Shown here piece after piece: positions 12,967 through 26,414 of a stretch of 64,000 nt of DNA. The notes under the pieces are model-generated. The model saw only the letters and a list, made by a program, of their open reading frames with translations. It did no database searches and was not told the DNA's origin. Each line of letters starts with the position of its first letter. Within the stretch, counting starts at the first letter, position 1. A program made the translations under genes and the position numbers. This stretch comes from Felis catus (lineage: Eukaryota), in NCBI RefSeq assembly GCF_018350175.1, contig NC_058369.1:24368001-24432000 (forward strand), written 5' to 3'.

Positions 12967-13629
12967 AAAAAAGGCTGCAGAGAAAGAACTTCTAAGTGTT
13001 CATAAGAGCCTTATAAACAAATGGTAGCCATTTTAAGTCAAAATTTTTTCTGACTATAAAATTAAAATATGCTCATTATAGAAAACTTGAAAAGCTATAT
13101 AGATAATTATGACTGTACACAATCCCATCACCCAGATATACCCACTATTAACACTTTTATTTATACCCATGAAAGCCTTAGGATTATATTATGACTTTAA
13201 GATATATAAAAAGATAGATATCAATTAAAACCCTAATCAATATGACAGAGATTTTCTCTTTTTTTAAATACAATCTTTCAGCATCTATAAATATCTAAGT
13301 ACAATCTTTACAAGAGTTTAACTGTAAGTTAAGTGTGAAAAAAAAAAAAAATCAATGCTTTGCTAACCCAAAATCTTCCGGGATTTCAGACCCAAGTCTG
13401 AAGTGAGCATATTTATATGTATGCATGTACATATGTATACACAAATATACATGTATAAAGACATATGTGCAATACACTTTGTGGTCCTCATGTCTTACAC
13501 CTTAATGTTTTCATACACTTAGATTTTCAGGTGTCAATCACATAGGTATGGGGAGAAGAAATCTTCACCTTTCCCATTGGTCAAATCCTGAGGCTTTAGT
13601 TAGCAATGACCACAACTACCAACTTCTAA

Positions 13630-13841
13630 AAATTTTTTTTTTAACGTTTATTTTTGAGACAGAGAGAGACAGAGCATGGATGGGGGAGGGGCAGAGAGAG
13701 AGGGAGACACAGAATCGGAAACAGGCTCCAGGCTCTGAGCCATCAGCCCAGAGCCCGACGCGGGGCTCGAACTCACGGACCGTGAGATCATGACCTGAGC
13801 TGCAGTCAGACGCTTAACCGACTGCGCCACCCAGGCGCCCC
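13630..13841 (-). mobile_element. Young felid CAN-SINE (SINEC_Fc-like)
   Basis: CpGs largely intact; perfect TSD acaactaccaacttctaa at 13612-13629 and 13842-13859. Confidence 0.95.
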
Positions 13842-14014
13842 ACAACTACCAACTTCTAACTGGGTTGGAAGGAGCTTTTCACTGCACTTTAAAAAATTGC
13901 ATACTGCTAAAGAAAGATCAGAACAAGGTTAAGATAGAAAGTTTTGTGACATGAAAAAAATTATCTTGACCTATACGCATCTGAAGTAAATTTTCACTAA
14001 ATAGTAAAACACAT

Positions 14015-14180
14015 AAGAGGAGGTGGGTAGGGCAATGGGGTACATTGGTGATAGGCATTAAGGAAGGCACTTGTTGGCATGAGCACTGGGTATTATATGT
14101 AAGTGATGAACCACTGGATTCAAGTCCTGAAACCAATACTACACTGTATATTAACTAACTTGGATCTAAGTAAATAAATT
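14015..14180 (+). mobile_element. Very short carnivore L1 3' UTR fragment
   Basis: ggtgataggcattaaggaaggcacttgttggcatgagcactgg...actacactgtatattaactaacttgga...aataaa, homologous to the UTR at 12540-12700. Confidence 0.75.
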
Positions 14181-14244
14181 TTATAAATCTATTATATTTT
14201 ATAAATCTATTATAAATAGAATATTTTTAACTTTTACAAATTTT

Positions 14245-14456
14245 CTTTTTTTTAACGTTTATTTATTTTTGAGACAGAGAGAGACAGAGCATGAATGAGG
14301 GAGGGTCAGAGAGAGAGGGAGACACAGAATCTGAAACAGGCTCCAGGCTCTGAGCTGTCAGCACAGAGCCCAACGCAGGGCTTGAACTCACGGATCGCGA
14401 GATCATGACCTGAGCCGAAGTCAGACGCCTAACCGACTGAGCCATCCAGGCACCCC
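14245..14456 (-). mobile_element. CAN-SINE (SINEC_Fc-like)
   Basis: Consensus match; TSD tacaaattttctt. Confidence 0.93.
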
Positions 14457-16505
14457 TACAAATTTTCTTAAATTAATCACCTTTCTTTTTCCTCACAAAA
14501 TTTTTTCCTTAAGCTGCAGGTGTCCCAAAATACTAAAAAAAAAAAAAAAAAAAAAAAAACAAAACGTGGGGGGTGTTGTGGAAGTCATTTAGTCATTTTA
14601 ATAACAATCTATTTTTTTTCTGTTCTTATTTAGGTTTCTATTCTTTAAGAAGCCAAGTTTAAGGTCAACAGAATTCATACCTGAAATCTTGAGCACAGGG
14701 TAAAGGAGATAGGAGAATATCATTAAGATCTAGAGAAGGGAAAAGATACAAAATACATAGATATATAAGATGGTGTATATTGACTGTGCCCAAGAAAATA
14801 TTGAAAATGCTAGGCAGATAAAGACATGAGGAAATAGAAGTATGAAAAACAAACAATGTCTGCCATGGTCACAGCTTCTCAGCTGCCTCTGAGGAATTCG
14901 GGAAGAAGAAATTTTATCTTTTTCTTTTTTTTCAAATCTCTAAAACTAAGACAAGTTACTATAAACATATATATTTAGGAACTACAGAAGGCAATTACCT
15001 CACAGGTCCTACTATGGCTCAATGTGATACATGGGTGTTGTCCTGCAAAACTGATACTAACTGTACATCCCAAGAACTCTAAGCACTAATCTACAGTAGA
15101 GAGGGGGAAAACCTAACATGAAGACATAGTGCTGAAAAGTGCAGTTTCAGAAGGAAGAGCAAAATTTACTCCCTATCACCAGTTTCCTTCATCTGAACAT
15201 CTTTACAGGTTATTTATCACCAAATTTTAAACAATTTATGTAGTGACTTTCAAGTATTCATTTTGATTATGTTTCACAAATAAGCAAACTATCAAACTCG
15301 AATAATTGTGGACCTTCCTTGGAGATGGGGAAAGTGAAATACTACATAGAAAATCTTTTCCTGAAACCACAGAACACAAAAAAGCTCTGTGATAAGGGGA
15401 TTTCAGGGTCAAATAAGTTTGAGAAATGCTTATTGGGGATCCCCTTGCTGATCAGCATTAATGGCTCTGGAAGTCCTACAGCAAAGTATTCTATTTAATT
15501 TTATTTTTCTCAGTACTAATCCTGTAGAAGTCAATTATTGAAAAAAATATATAATTTTAATGACCACATTAAGCTCAGAGTTATATACTAAAGTGAAGAG
15601 TCAAAACAATGATTTGGATTCTTCATGGGAAAATTTGCTATGATTATTCCCCATTTAAAATAATTATGTGCTTAAATATCCAGATCACCTTTTGGCTTCT
15701 GTCACTCAAAAGTGGTTTACTGAGTGCCTGCTCTGAGCCCAGAGCACTGAAAGAACACAGACTCCCATAGTCTTAGAACATACCACTTCATGTCATAGGT
15801 GACATTTTTTCAATAGTCTTGAGGTAAGACAACCATGAAACTGTTTTGCTTTTACATCATATTTTCATTAAGAACTGTAAGAATATGGGGGGGGGGAGTT
15901 TCAGGAGGGAAAAAACAGCTTAAATGTGTTCGTTTCATTCCCTATTAGTTAGAAAAAATTATCTGAATTGAATATCTCTTTCAAATAATTTCTTTCCACA
16001 CATTCATAAAATAATACTTGTAAAAAATTTATACGTATATTTGCAGATCATAACTCCTACTTAAAGATTCATACTCAAGACTATTTTACATCTATCATTC
16101 AAAAGATATAAAAGAGGTATCTGATGGGCAACTAACACATAAACAACTGGAATTGAACCCCTAGCATCCATCAACCCAACAGGCCTATGTGCTGATTCTT
16201 ACACCAGCCATAAATATTAGCACGAGCCCATGGGTGATGGAGTACAGCAATGAGAATGGATGGGAAGACTGAAATAAGTTTATCTCTACTTTATCTGTTT
16301 TCTTTTTTTACTAATCTCTGAATATTTCTAGGACATGTCTGCTACAGTTGATAGTAAACTGAGACATGCACAGTTTTCTCATTCATTCTAGAAATACGTA
16401 CTGAGCATCTACTGGGTACCAGTCACATTGCCAGGTATATGAGATACTAATTAAATCTTAACAAGATTCATGGGGACCCTTCTCTAACATGGAGTATAAT
16501 CTAGA

Positions 16506-16645
16506 TCACTATTACTCAAAGTGTGGCCCACAGACCATCAGCACTGACATCACCTGAGAGAGTTTTAGAAATACAGAATCTCAAGTCCCAACCCAGACCT
16601 ACTGAATCTGAATCTGCATTTTCACAAGGTTCTCAGGTGACTTGG
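16506..16645. mobile_element. hAT-Charlie MER5A-like DNA transposon fragment
   Basis: ctcaaagtgtggcccacagaccatcagca...ttagaaatacagaatctc...cccagacctactgaatctgaatctgcatttt. Confidence 0.8.
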
Positions 16646-17943
16646 GTGTTTTAAATGACTACAAATGTCCAGCATACACAAGGGACAAGACTTGTGTCCA
16701 ATGTGGAAGAGACCAAGACAACTTTATAAGCTAACATTTAGAAAAATATTAACCTACTCTCAAGAGCTATCCAACTTGGCCTAAGTATACACCAACCCTG
16801 GGAGTAAACTTTCTGGAGCATCTTTGCCAGTCCAGAAGCCTTTATTATCCTTTTGTATTTGTCAAACAGTATGTTCCCCTTAAACAGCAAGAAAAAGATT
16901 TCAAGTCCTCTCCAGGAACAGTGAACACTGAAATGATGAGTGGGCAGAACATAAAAAAAGCAATATCATTTAGTCACAAAAAGTAATAATTATGTTATTG
17001 CTAAGTGTCACAATGTGCCTTCCTTACAAATACAGTAAGAATTACTGGTTTTATTTTAATATGAGGCCAAGAAAGAAAATACAGACAGTTTTTATGGAGC
17101 ATGGAACTCACCGTGATCACATATCGGTCTGCAGACATTGATCAACAAACTTAGGGCCAATTTGGTTTAAGGAAGAAGATGTGATCTAATGTTCAGGAAG
17201 TGTCCCAACCTAATTATATTATACTTTATTTAGAATAAAATTCTAGACTATTATTACTGGATGCCACAGAGGCTCCTGAAGGCTTAACTTATAAAACTCA
17301 TCTAGTTGTAGTTGCAAACATAACTGAACGGCCCTTGGTCTTAGGCTATCTGAGGAACGCCCTGACTTTAGAAGCATTTACTGTGTGGGATTAGCCACAG
17401 TTTTGTGAGCCCAAGTCAAGCACTCCAGAAAGAAGTCAACTTCGGCCTACAGCATGTTAAAGGAAAAACTAAAAGCAAAAAAAAAAACAGTAACTCACCT
17501 TCTTGAGCCTTATCAAACTGTAAAAAGATGGTGACCTAGATGAAAAGATGACAGGGGACATGCTGTTTTTTGTGATAGTATTGTTTTTTGTGTTTGTCTG
17601 CTTGTTCAGATGGTACCTAATTCTTTATAGCAAAATGTACAAGCACAGAATCAAGTCAAGTTCCAAGTAATTAGGGTGCTACAATGTTTCTTTCCATGGC
17701 CTCATTTGCCTACTTCTGACTCATTCTTCATGAAGCCCATGTCCCTGGAATGCATCCTTTCTGTTGTTCTGTCTCTGTGCACATTGCTAATGACCCATGG
17801 GCAGAAGATGTGTATCCAGTGTTTCTTTCTGGGCACAATGCAACCACTGAGGTTTTGGTCTGCATGTATGAATTTGTTGATGTTGTTGTTGTTATGAGAC
17901 TCAAGTCTGAAAAAAAAAGAGCTGAAAATAAAACAATCCTCCT

Positions 17944-18142
17944 GGGGGCACCTGGGTGGCACAGTTGGTTAAGCATTGAGATCCAGCCCCAGCACTGGGC
18001 TCTGCATTGACAGCATGGAGCCTGCTTGGGATGCTCTCTCTCTCCCTCTCTTTCTGCCCCTCTCCCCCTCATGTGTGCTCTCTCTCTCTCTCTCTCTCTG
18101 TGTCTTTCTCTCTCTCTCTCAAAATAAATAAACATTAAAAAA
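17944..18142 (+). mobile_element. CAN-SINE with internal deletion
   Basis: ggggcacctgggtggcacagttggttaagc, shortened middle, (ct)n and aaaataaataaac; flanking repeat aatcctcct. Confidence 0.88.
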
Positions 18143-20612
18143 ATCCTCCTGACCCTTAAAGAGCCACAAACCTGGATGTAAATCCTGATTTTTATGCCTT
18201 TGGTCAAGATACTGAGCCTCTTTGAAATAAGACCATGCTCAAGAGCATGTCATGAAAATTCCAAGTGATCTATAATGCATGCAAAGTACCTATCATGGAA
18301 CCTTCCCCATGAGAGTAAAAGTTTGTCATCATTATCATAAGCCAATAACAGTACAGTAAGTCCCCACCCATTCCCCAGTTTTGTGAGGTACACATGTAGA
18401 AGACAGTAGCTTCCGCTTTTAGTCCACCCCATTTAACTTTGTGAGCATATTTCTAACCTTACTAATCCCATAACACAAGGCTGTTATAAGAATTACATGA
18501 GTGACAACATGTCTATCTCCCAGAATTAAAGCTAACACACAGTAGGTGCTCTACAAAGATTACCTTCTTCCCATTTTTAGCTGTAGCATTTATCAATTAC
18601 TTTTTAATTGTCTACTCAGCTTCTTTTCCTTTTAGGAACTACATCTCCCCAACTCCCTGTGGTTTTAGTGGGGTTTTCATGTGTGACCCTGCTCAGTGGC
18701 AAGTACCATGGATTCTCTGGATGCTGATTGACCTGGGGTAAACTCATTATGCCATCAAGGCCAATCAGAGTTCTTTTAGGGAACTGACATAACTTCAGGG
18801 GTCTCTCCTTTTCTGAGTTTATGTTTCTCCTTTTCTGAGATTATGAATGATAAGGAAAATATCGGCCTGTGGCTGGTTATGGCCTTCTTTGATACCATGA
18901 TTAAGAATCTGCCTAAATGACTGGGCCCTTATCATCTGAACAGCTAGATAGAGCTATATCTTAACCATCCAATCCCCAGAATTCCAAAATATAATAGCAG
19001 GGTTTCAGCCACTTGCAACTAGAAGAGTATAACACAAAAGTTATAGCATGAAAGAGAATACCAAAATACAGTTAGATATAATATTCTACAAATCTACAGA
19101 GAGAGGTCAGAAATGGGTAAGACCACCATAGCAGAGTCAACAAATCTCCAGAAAATCCCCTAATATAAGGTCTGGAGATGGATAAGAGTAAGATTATCAT
19201 AGAGAGGATGAAATTCTTTCTGGCCAAAAATAATAACACATGCAAAGTAAAGAGTACTCAGCATGGTGTCCGGCACATAATATTTAATTAATATAAATTG
19301 AAAGAACAAAATAACAAGTATGAATTATGTATGAAGGAGGAATAAGAAGACAGGACTAATTAAGAAGTACAGATCACAAAAAAAAAAAGAAGAAGAAGTA
19401 CAGATAATTTTTTTCTGCAGAGGAGTTAGAAAAGAAAAGAAAGACGGGCTTAATGATAAGCACTCTTGAGAATCAAGCAAGGAGTTTGTACTTGGGTCTG
19501 ATTGGGAGTCATTTATAAGCTGGTAAAAAGACAGCAACAAGACAGCCTTTGGGAAGTTAATAATAAAAATATAAGCCAAATGGGAGTTGAGACAGTAGAC
19601 ATGACAGATCATCAGCCTAGTGGTGAAAGAATTCTTAGACAGGGTTAAGAATTGAGGAAACAGAAAATAGTACAGGAATCACCAAAAAGAAGTGTAAAAC
19701 TGATGGAAGTCATAGAAAAGTCACAGAAAATAAGAGAGTTAGGTGTCAAGAAAGAAAGAGTCAAAAAAGTTTTGAGGAGACTTTAAATCCCATAGAATCA
19801 TGGTGATTGCTATGTCACTGAACAACCAGTATAGCATAGGAGGAGAACCAACCAGAACAGACACCACCTAGAACAATGGAAGCAGGTCTGGGGAAGTTTC
19901 TGAAAGGCCAGGGGTTAACTTTTTAGTTGCTGGAGTGGGGGAGGGTACTCTGGGGATTTGAGATAACCACAGAAGTATTTCAATTTTAACCACTATAGTT
20001 GCACCTGTGCCTCTTGGCTATCGGCCCTTCAAAGAAAGTTGCTTCAATTAATACTGATAGCTTTCTACATTCCCAATGCATGGAAGAGAGCATTGGTTAA
20101 TCCAAAATCATTTCCATGTGCCTATGACATACACTAATGTAGAGGCTCCCCAGTGCCAATCTGTGGACTAGGTGCATCAGATTCATCTAGGGAGTGAATA
20201 AAAACTATCAATGACTTGGTGTCACCCAAGGACATTCCCTTTCAGGATGGAGGTGACACAAAACTCTGTATTTATTTGTAAGCTCCTCACGTGGGGAACA
20301 AAGCCATATCAAAAGATTTCTTTTTTAGACCTATGTTTTCTACCCCATTTATGTTGAAGATATATGTATATTTGCATTATCTGAATTTATAGAAAAGAAT
20401 AATATAGAACAGAAGCAAAGTTTCTCTATTCCGGCATTAAAAATGCAGTTAATAACAACAACAGCTAATGTGTATGGATTACTAAGGCAAACACTGTGCT
20501 AGAAAATCTCATTTAATCTTCCCTATAACCTCATGAATTAAGTACTTATTTTATCCACTTTATAGGTTGGAAGACCTACAGAAGGTAAATAACTTGCCTA
20601 AGATTTTCCCTT

Positions 20613-21003
20613 TGTTGAAATAACTTTCTAGGCCCAAGATGGCTCTACTTCTGCTTGGGTTTGCTTGTCGGCAAACCAATACTTAGATAACTTTCATGTC
20701 CCTGTAAATGCTCCCCTTGACCAGAAATGTAGTATATCTAGTCAGCCAATCCCCAAATGACAAGCCAATTCTGAGTTCTAATTTCCTTGTTCCTTCTCAA
20801 CTCAAACAAGTTTGACTACGTGACCCCAGGCAATCATCTCTTTTTTTAAATTTTTTTCTTTCTTGTTCTTAATTCTTTATCCCATAAAACTTTCCTGACT
20901 TCCACACCATTTTCCAGTACTCCAAATGGAGACTGCTTCAAAAAGTCCTAGATAAAATTTGTTTGTATCACCTAAATTGTCTTCTTCAATCATTTTAAAA
21001 ACA
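20613..21003 (+). mobile_element. Solo ERV LTR (391 bp, probably class I) inserted in a MIR
   Basis: Starts tgttg, ends aaaca; 4-bp flanking repeat cctt (20609-20612, 21004-21007); internal ccaat boxes, TATA-like cataaaa and polyA-like gataaaa in LTR order. Confidence 0.65.
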
Positions 21004-23811
21004 CCTTTAATAAACTGGAATGGTTCCCTCCACATATAGAAGAGAAGAAGCCACACAGTGAGACCTCACTGTCCCCAGGAAAATCTCAGGAAAACTAACC
21101 TCAGAGAAGGTTTGCCACCTAGAAGCTGGGCTATTTTGATCCTTTCTTCCACACAGTAAGATTAGCCTTCAAAGATCACGGGGCAAGGTCAAAAGAAAAC
21201 AGTGAAAAGATTTGGGAGAGAAGACAGGAAGGAAGAAATTTCAGAAAGTGCTTCCAGATGACAGGGTAGCCCCTCGGTGTGTGCAGCCCAACCCTCCCTA
21301 AGCCTGGATCAAAGTCATCTTCCACACACATATAAATACAAACAGTTTGAATTCCCAGAGATCCAGTGAAATACTACTTTGTAAAACAGTGATTGCATTT
21401 CAAGGAGTATTGAAAAGATGGACATCTGAAACCTCTATTCTCTTCCAATGCTCTTTAGGAAAAGATTGGGTGAGAAAGCTCTCTTCACTGGCCTCTAGCA
21501 ACATGTATTTGCTCTTCCCATTCCTTTTAAACCATCCCTGCAATGCCTTCAACAGTCCTGGTTGAAGTCTTAGGATCTCAAAACATACCACAAATCCTTC
21601 TATGTTCAACCAGTTTATCTCATGGAAAAAGCAACAGGCGGCAGAGGAATTCAGGCCACCCCAAGTTACCAGCACGGCCTGATGGATGTGGAAACTAGAC
21701 CATGCCTTAGGGATGAGGCATGTGACGGCCGGTACACTGTCATTACTGAAACTTGAAAGGGGAAGTTCACATGAGGCCTGTGGTTGACTTTTCAACCCTG
21801 CTGGCTGAGGTGCACGCCAATAAGGAAATCGCAATCCCTAAATAAACAATAGGCTGGGAACCTGAGCACCAACAAGGGAGAGAGTACAGGGGTTACTGGC
21901 CTGGGCAGCGCTGGCCAAGATGGAACAAACAAAGCAAAGATTTAAATTTTGCAAGAATGTCATGTCAATTCAGACTCTCCAGGCAGGCCCTTTGAGACTC
22001 CAAATTGCCAGTCACCAAGCCTCAAAACTTGGTAGAATTTTTAAAGTCAGGACTCTTGGTCCAATCTCTACATTGCCAAATGAGAACAATAAGAGCCAGA
22101 AAAGACAAGTGACTTGCCAAAGGCCCAATAGCCAGAAAGCCAGGTCCCTAGGTCATTTATTACACCACAGGCCTACTGAGAGTTGCTATTTTTTTCCTCC
22201 ACTGGTTTCTCCTCTCAAAGATGCTTTTAAAGTCTTTCCACACACCAGCTGTGTGTGTATTCTGAGCTAAGATTCTGCCTGAAGTAATCTTGTTAAATTT
22301 CTTGTCTGTCCTTATTCAAATGTACCACCTCTTTTTTATAGGTAAAACACAATTTTCAATCTAAAAGGGAAGGGATAGAGAAGCAAAGAATTCTTTGAGC
22401 ATTTATTATATACCAGGATTTTCCCACACCTTCATTCATTTTTAACATTCTCCACAACCCTATGCAGGCTGGTATCAAGGTTCCATTTCACAGATGGGAA
22501 AGCTGGAGCCCAGAGAAACAGTAAGCAGGAGAGCCAGATTATCAATTTCCATAAATAATCTAAGCTTTTCCTCTTTGGAATCTTCTCAGTTCAACAAAAG
22601 AAAACCAGGATAGAATAAATTGTGCAGCTTTAAGCTTTTTAAAAATGAACTTACCATTGTTTTTCCTAAATAATAATTCCTAATCATTCCTATGTAATGA
22701 ATACAAATTATTGCAAACATAAAAATTTGGGGGGGGGGAGAGGAAAACATCCTTTACAATCACCTCATCCAGAATTAGTGTCAACATTTTGACATTTTTT
22801 TCCTCAAGCTTTTACTCTACATTACATTGAGAATATATCTTCTTTATATAGTAAGAATATTAAGTCTCCAACTACTATAAACCTTAGAAATACATCTGAT
22901 AGGTTACTGTATAGTTCTGTTTATATTTTTAATTTTTAAGTAATCAAAGTTATTGATCCTTTCCTTTGAAATATCTTTATTTTTGAATAATAGTTTTATT
23001 GATATACACATGTGCCATAAAATTTACCCCTTTAAAGTATGCAATCCAGTGCACACTTTATTCCACAGTATTTTTACCACCAAAAGCCCTGTACCCACTG
23101 GCAGTCACTCCTTTTTCTCCTCTCCCCCATCTCCTAACAGCAACTAGTCTGCTTCCTACATCTATAGATATACCTATATTAGACATTTCATATAAATGGA
23201 ATCACATAATAAGTGGCTTTTTGCACCAGCTTCTTTCATTTAGCATTATATTTTCAAGGTTCACCCAGGTTACAGCATATACAGTATTTCATTTCTTTTC
23301 ATGGACAAATAATATTCCACTCTATGTGTTTACCAAAATTTGTTTACTCGCATAGGATAATGGATACTTGGATTTCTTTTTAGCATTTTGGTTATTATTA
23401 ATAATGGCATATGAGCACCGGTGTACAGTCCAGGTTTTTACATATGTTTTCAGTTTGGTCGGGTGTACCCCAAGGAGGACTACTGAGTCACACAGCAACT
23501 ACATTTAACACTTTAAGGAACTGCCAAATTGTTTTCCAAAATGGACTGAACCATTTTACACTCCCACCATCAATATATGAGAGTATGATTTTTCCACATC
23601 CTCCCCAACACTTGTTACTATCTTTTTTTTTTTAACCATACTAATGGGGAATCAGTTGTACCTAATGGAGGGTTTGATTTGCATTTCCTGTTGGAACATC
23701 TTTTTGTGTCCTTATTGCCCACTTGTATGTGTTCACTGGAAAAACGTCTATTCAAATCCTTTGCTCAATTTTTAAAAGATTATTTGTCTTTTTATCAGTG
23801 ACTTTTTCTTC

Positions 23812-23841
23812 CTTTTATTTTTTTTAAGTTTATTTATTTGT

Positions 23842-23893
<52 letters not shown>

Positions 23894-24072
23894 TGCACAT
23901 GTGCGTGTGAACAGGAGAGGAGCAGAGAGAGGGGGAGAGAGAGAATCCTAAGCAGGCTCTGAGCTTATAGAGCAGAACTTGACTCCGGAGCCAGATCCCA
24001 CTACAATGAGAAAATGGCCTGAGCTGAAACCAAGAGTCAGAGGCTTAACCAACTGAGCCACCCAGGTGCCCC
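23812..24072 (-). mobile_element. CAN-SINE with expanded (GA)n
   Basis: Consensus match; (ga)n at ~23845-23890; flanking repeat ttcttccttt. Confidence 0.9.
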
Positions 24073-25134
24073 TTCTTCCTTTATTTTTTAAGTGAACTTT
24101 GAATTAAAGTGTATTACACATAAGAAAGTAGCCAAATCATAATTTTCGCATGATGAATTATGCCAAAGTAAACACACCTGGGCACATGCAAACCAGATCA
24201 TGGAATAGAATACTCCTTGTACTCTAGAAACTTCCTTCATGCCCCCTCCCAGTCTCCAAACCCCATCACTCCACTATCCACTATCCAGGTATCTAACACT
24301 ATTCATTATTTCTATTTTTGGAACACATGCATATAAACAGAATTACACTGTATGTGTTCTTTTGTGTCTGGCTTCTTTCAACACTGTTTTGGGGGTATTG
24401 AATTATGCTGTTATATGAAGCAATAGCTTGGTACTTCTCATCGCCATATAACATTTCATTGCATGAATATTTCACTATTTATCCACTCCATTGTTGATAG
24501 CTATTTAACTTGTTCAAGTTTTTTGTTATTCCACATCTAATTATGTTTTGAATCTTCTGTTTACGTTGAGTCTTATACTACCATTGTTAGATCTGCTCCT
24601 AGATATTTTGGGTTTTTTAATACCATCATAAATAATATTGTTTTCAAATTTTCCTTGCGTAAATGTTTGTCATTGGCATGTAGAAATATGATTCATTTTT
24701 AAATACTGACTAGCTACCTAGCTGAGTTCATTTACTAATCTAATTGTTTATATATGAATTCATTGAGATTTCTTACATATACAATTATGGTGCCTGTGAA
24801 TAAAAGTAGTTTTATTTCTTCCTTTATAATTCTTATACTTAGGATGTCCATAACATTATGGAATAGAAGTGACAGTAACAGGCATTTTGTCTTATTTTTT
24901 ACATCATAAGGAAAGCTTTCAACATTTTATTATTAGATATGATGTTGATCATAGTTTTCTAACAGCTATTTCTTATTAAATTAAGAAAATCCTCTCCTTC
25001 TAACCTGAGTTTGATAAAAAACAACTTTTTTTTATATGGATGGATGTTGCATTTATCAAATGATTTCTCTGCATTTATTGAAATTACATTTATTTTTCTC
25101 CTTTATCCTATTAATGTAGTAAATAACATTAAAT

Positions 25135-25330
25135 GGGGCACCTGTGTGGCTCAGTTGGTTACGTGTCTAACTCTTGATTTCAGCTCAGGTCATGATCTCA
25201 CAGAGAGATCTCCCTTGCGAGATCAAGCCCCATGACAGGCTCTGCACTGACAGTGTGGAGCCTGCTTGGGATTCTCTCTCTTTTTTTTTTTCTCTCTCCC
25301 TCTCAAAATAAATAAACATTCAAGAAAATT
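25135..25330 (+). mobile_element. CAN-SINE
   Basis: ggggcacctgtgtggctcagttggtt...aaaataaataaac; flanking repeat aaataacatt. Confidence 0.9.
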
Positions 25331-26414
25331 AAATAACATTGACTGATATCCAAATATTTGTCCAACCTTGCATTCTTGGAATAAGCACAACTTGGTCAGG
25401 TCCTTTAACTGTCACTGTGTTCAGTTCAGTAGGATATTTTAAATCCACGTTTACGAAAGAGACTGCTTGCAATTTTATGTAGTGACTTTGTTGGGTACTG
25501 ATATCAAGGTTATAGTGGCCTCATAAAATAAGATAGGAAATGTTCCCTCTTCTTCTAGTCTCTGGAATAGTTTCTGTATGACTAATATAATTTTTTCTTC
25601 AAATCTCAAATGTTTAGTAACATTCACTGAAGAAGCCATCTGGGCTTGAAGGTTTTTATGTTTGGTTTGGTTTTTGGATTTGGGCATTGCTTTGCGTGTG
25701 TGTGTGTGTGTGTGGTAAGATTTTAGATATAGAATCATTTTTCCTTAATGTACAGGACTACTCAGATATTCTATTTCTTCTCAGGCAGTTTTGACAAGTT
25801 GTGTTTTTACAAAAACTTACCTAAAATTTCTATTTGATTATCATAATGTTGTTAATAAAATCCTCTCATATTTTTAATGTCAATAAGATTGATGGTGATG
25901 CCCCCTTTCAATCATGATATTGGCTATTTTCCTCAATGAGTCTAACAAGGATTTGTTATTTTTGTTCCTCTCTTCAAAGAATCAGTGTTTGGCTTTGGTG
26001 TTCCCCTCCAGTATATGTTTGGTTTCTATTTCATTCATTTCAGCTTTTTTTATTATTTCTTTTTTCCCACTTTCTTATGGTTTTATTTGACCTTCTATTG
26101 TTTTTTTAAACTGAAAGTCTTTCAACCAAACTGAATGACTTGCTCTCCCCCACATACTTCTTATATTTTCCAGTCTCCTTGCCTTTACTCATACAGTCCC
26201 CATTGTTTATAAACCATACCCTTCCCCTTTTTAAAATCATGCCAACTTTTCAAGGCTCTCCTCAAATTCTACCTCCTCCAGGAATCATTCCCTGCCCCTC
26301 TCTCATTTGATATCCTTTGAGCCCCTGCAGCACATTTTGCCATTCTTAGGTCACTATTTAGATCCTATCTCATATACTTCCTTCCATTAGCCTCTTAAAA
26401 ACTGAGTGTTCCCA

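Larger units (their letters stand above)
22985..26100 (-). mobile_element. Mosaic of old L1M fragments (3' UTR and ORF2) with two SINE insertions
   Basis: Antisense L1-like text throughout; ORF 25475-25738 retains the ORF2-like LFQRLEEEGTFPILFYEATITLI. Confidence 0.75.

Noticed and set aside
16149..16165. B-box-like ggaattgaaccc suggesting a tRNA gene
   Set aside because: No A box or cloverleaf could be built around it.
17112..17209. 98-nt version of the candidate exon using an upstream attag acceptor
   Set aside because: No polypyrimidine tract, and stops in all three frames.
21400..21834. 144-aa minus-strand ORF in non-repeat, mildly CpG-containing DNA
   Set aside because: No recognisable domain, a non-ATG start and no convincing exon boundaries. 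It could be regulatory, but nothing in the sequence supports a call.
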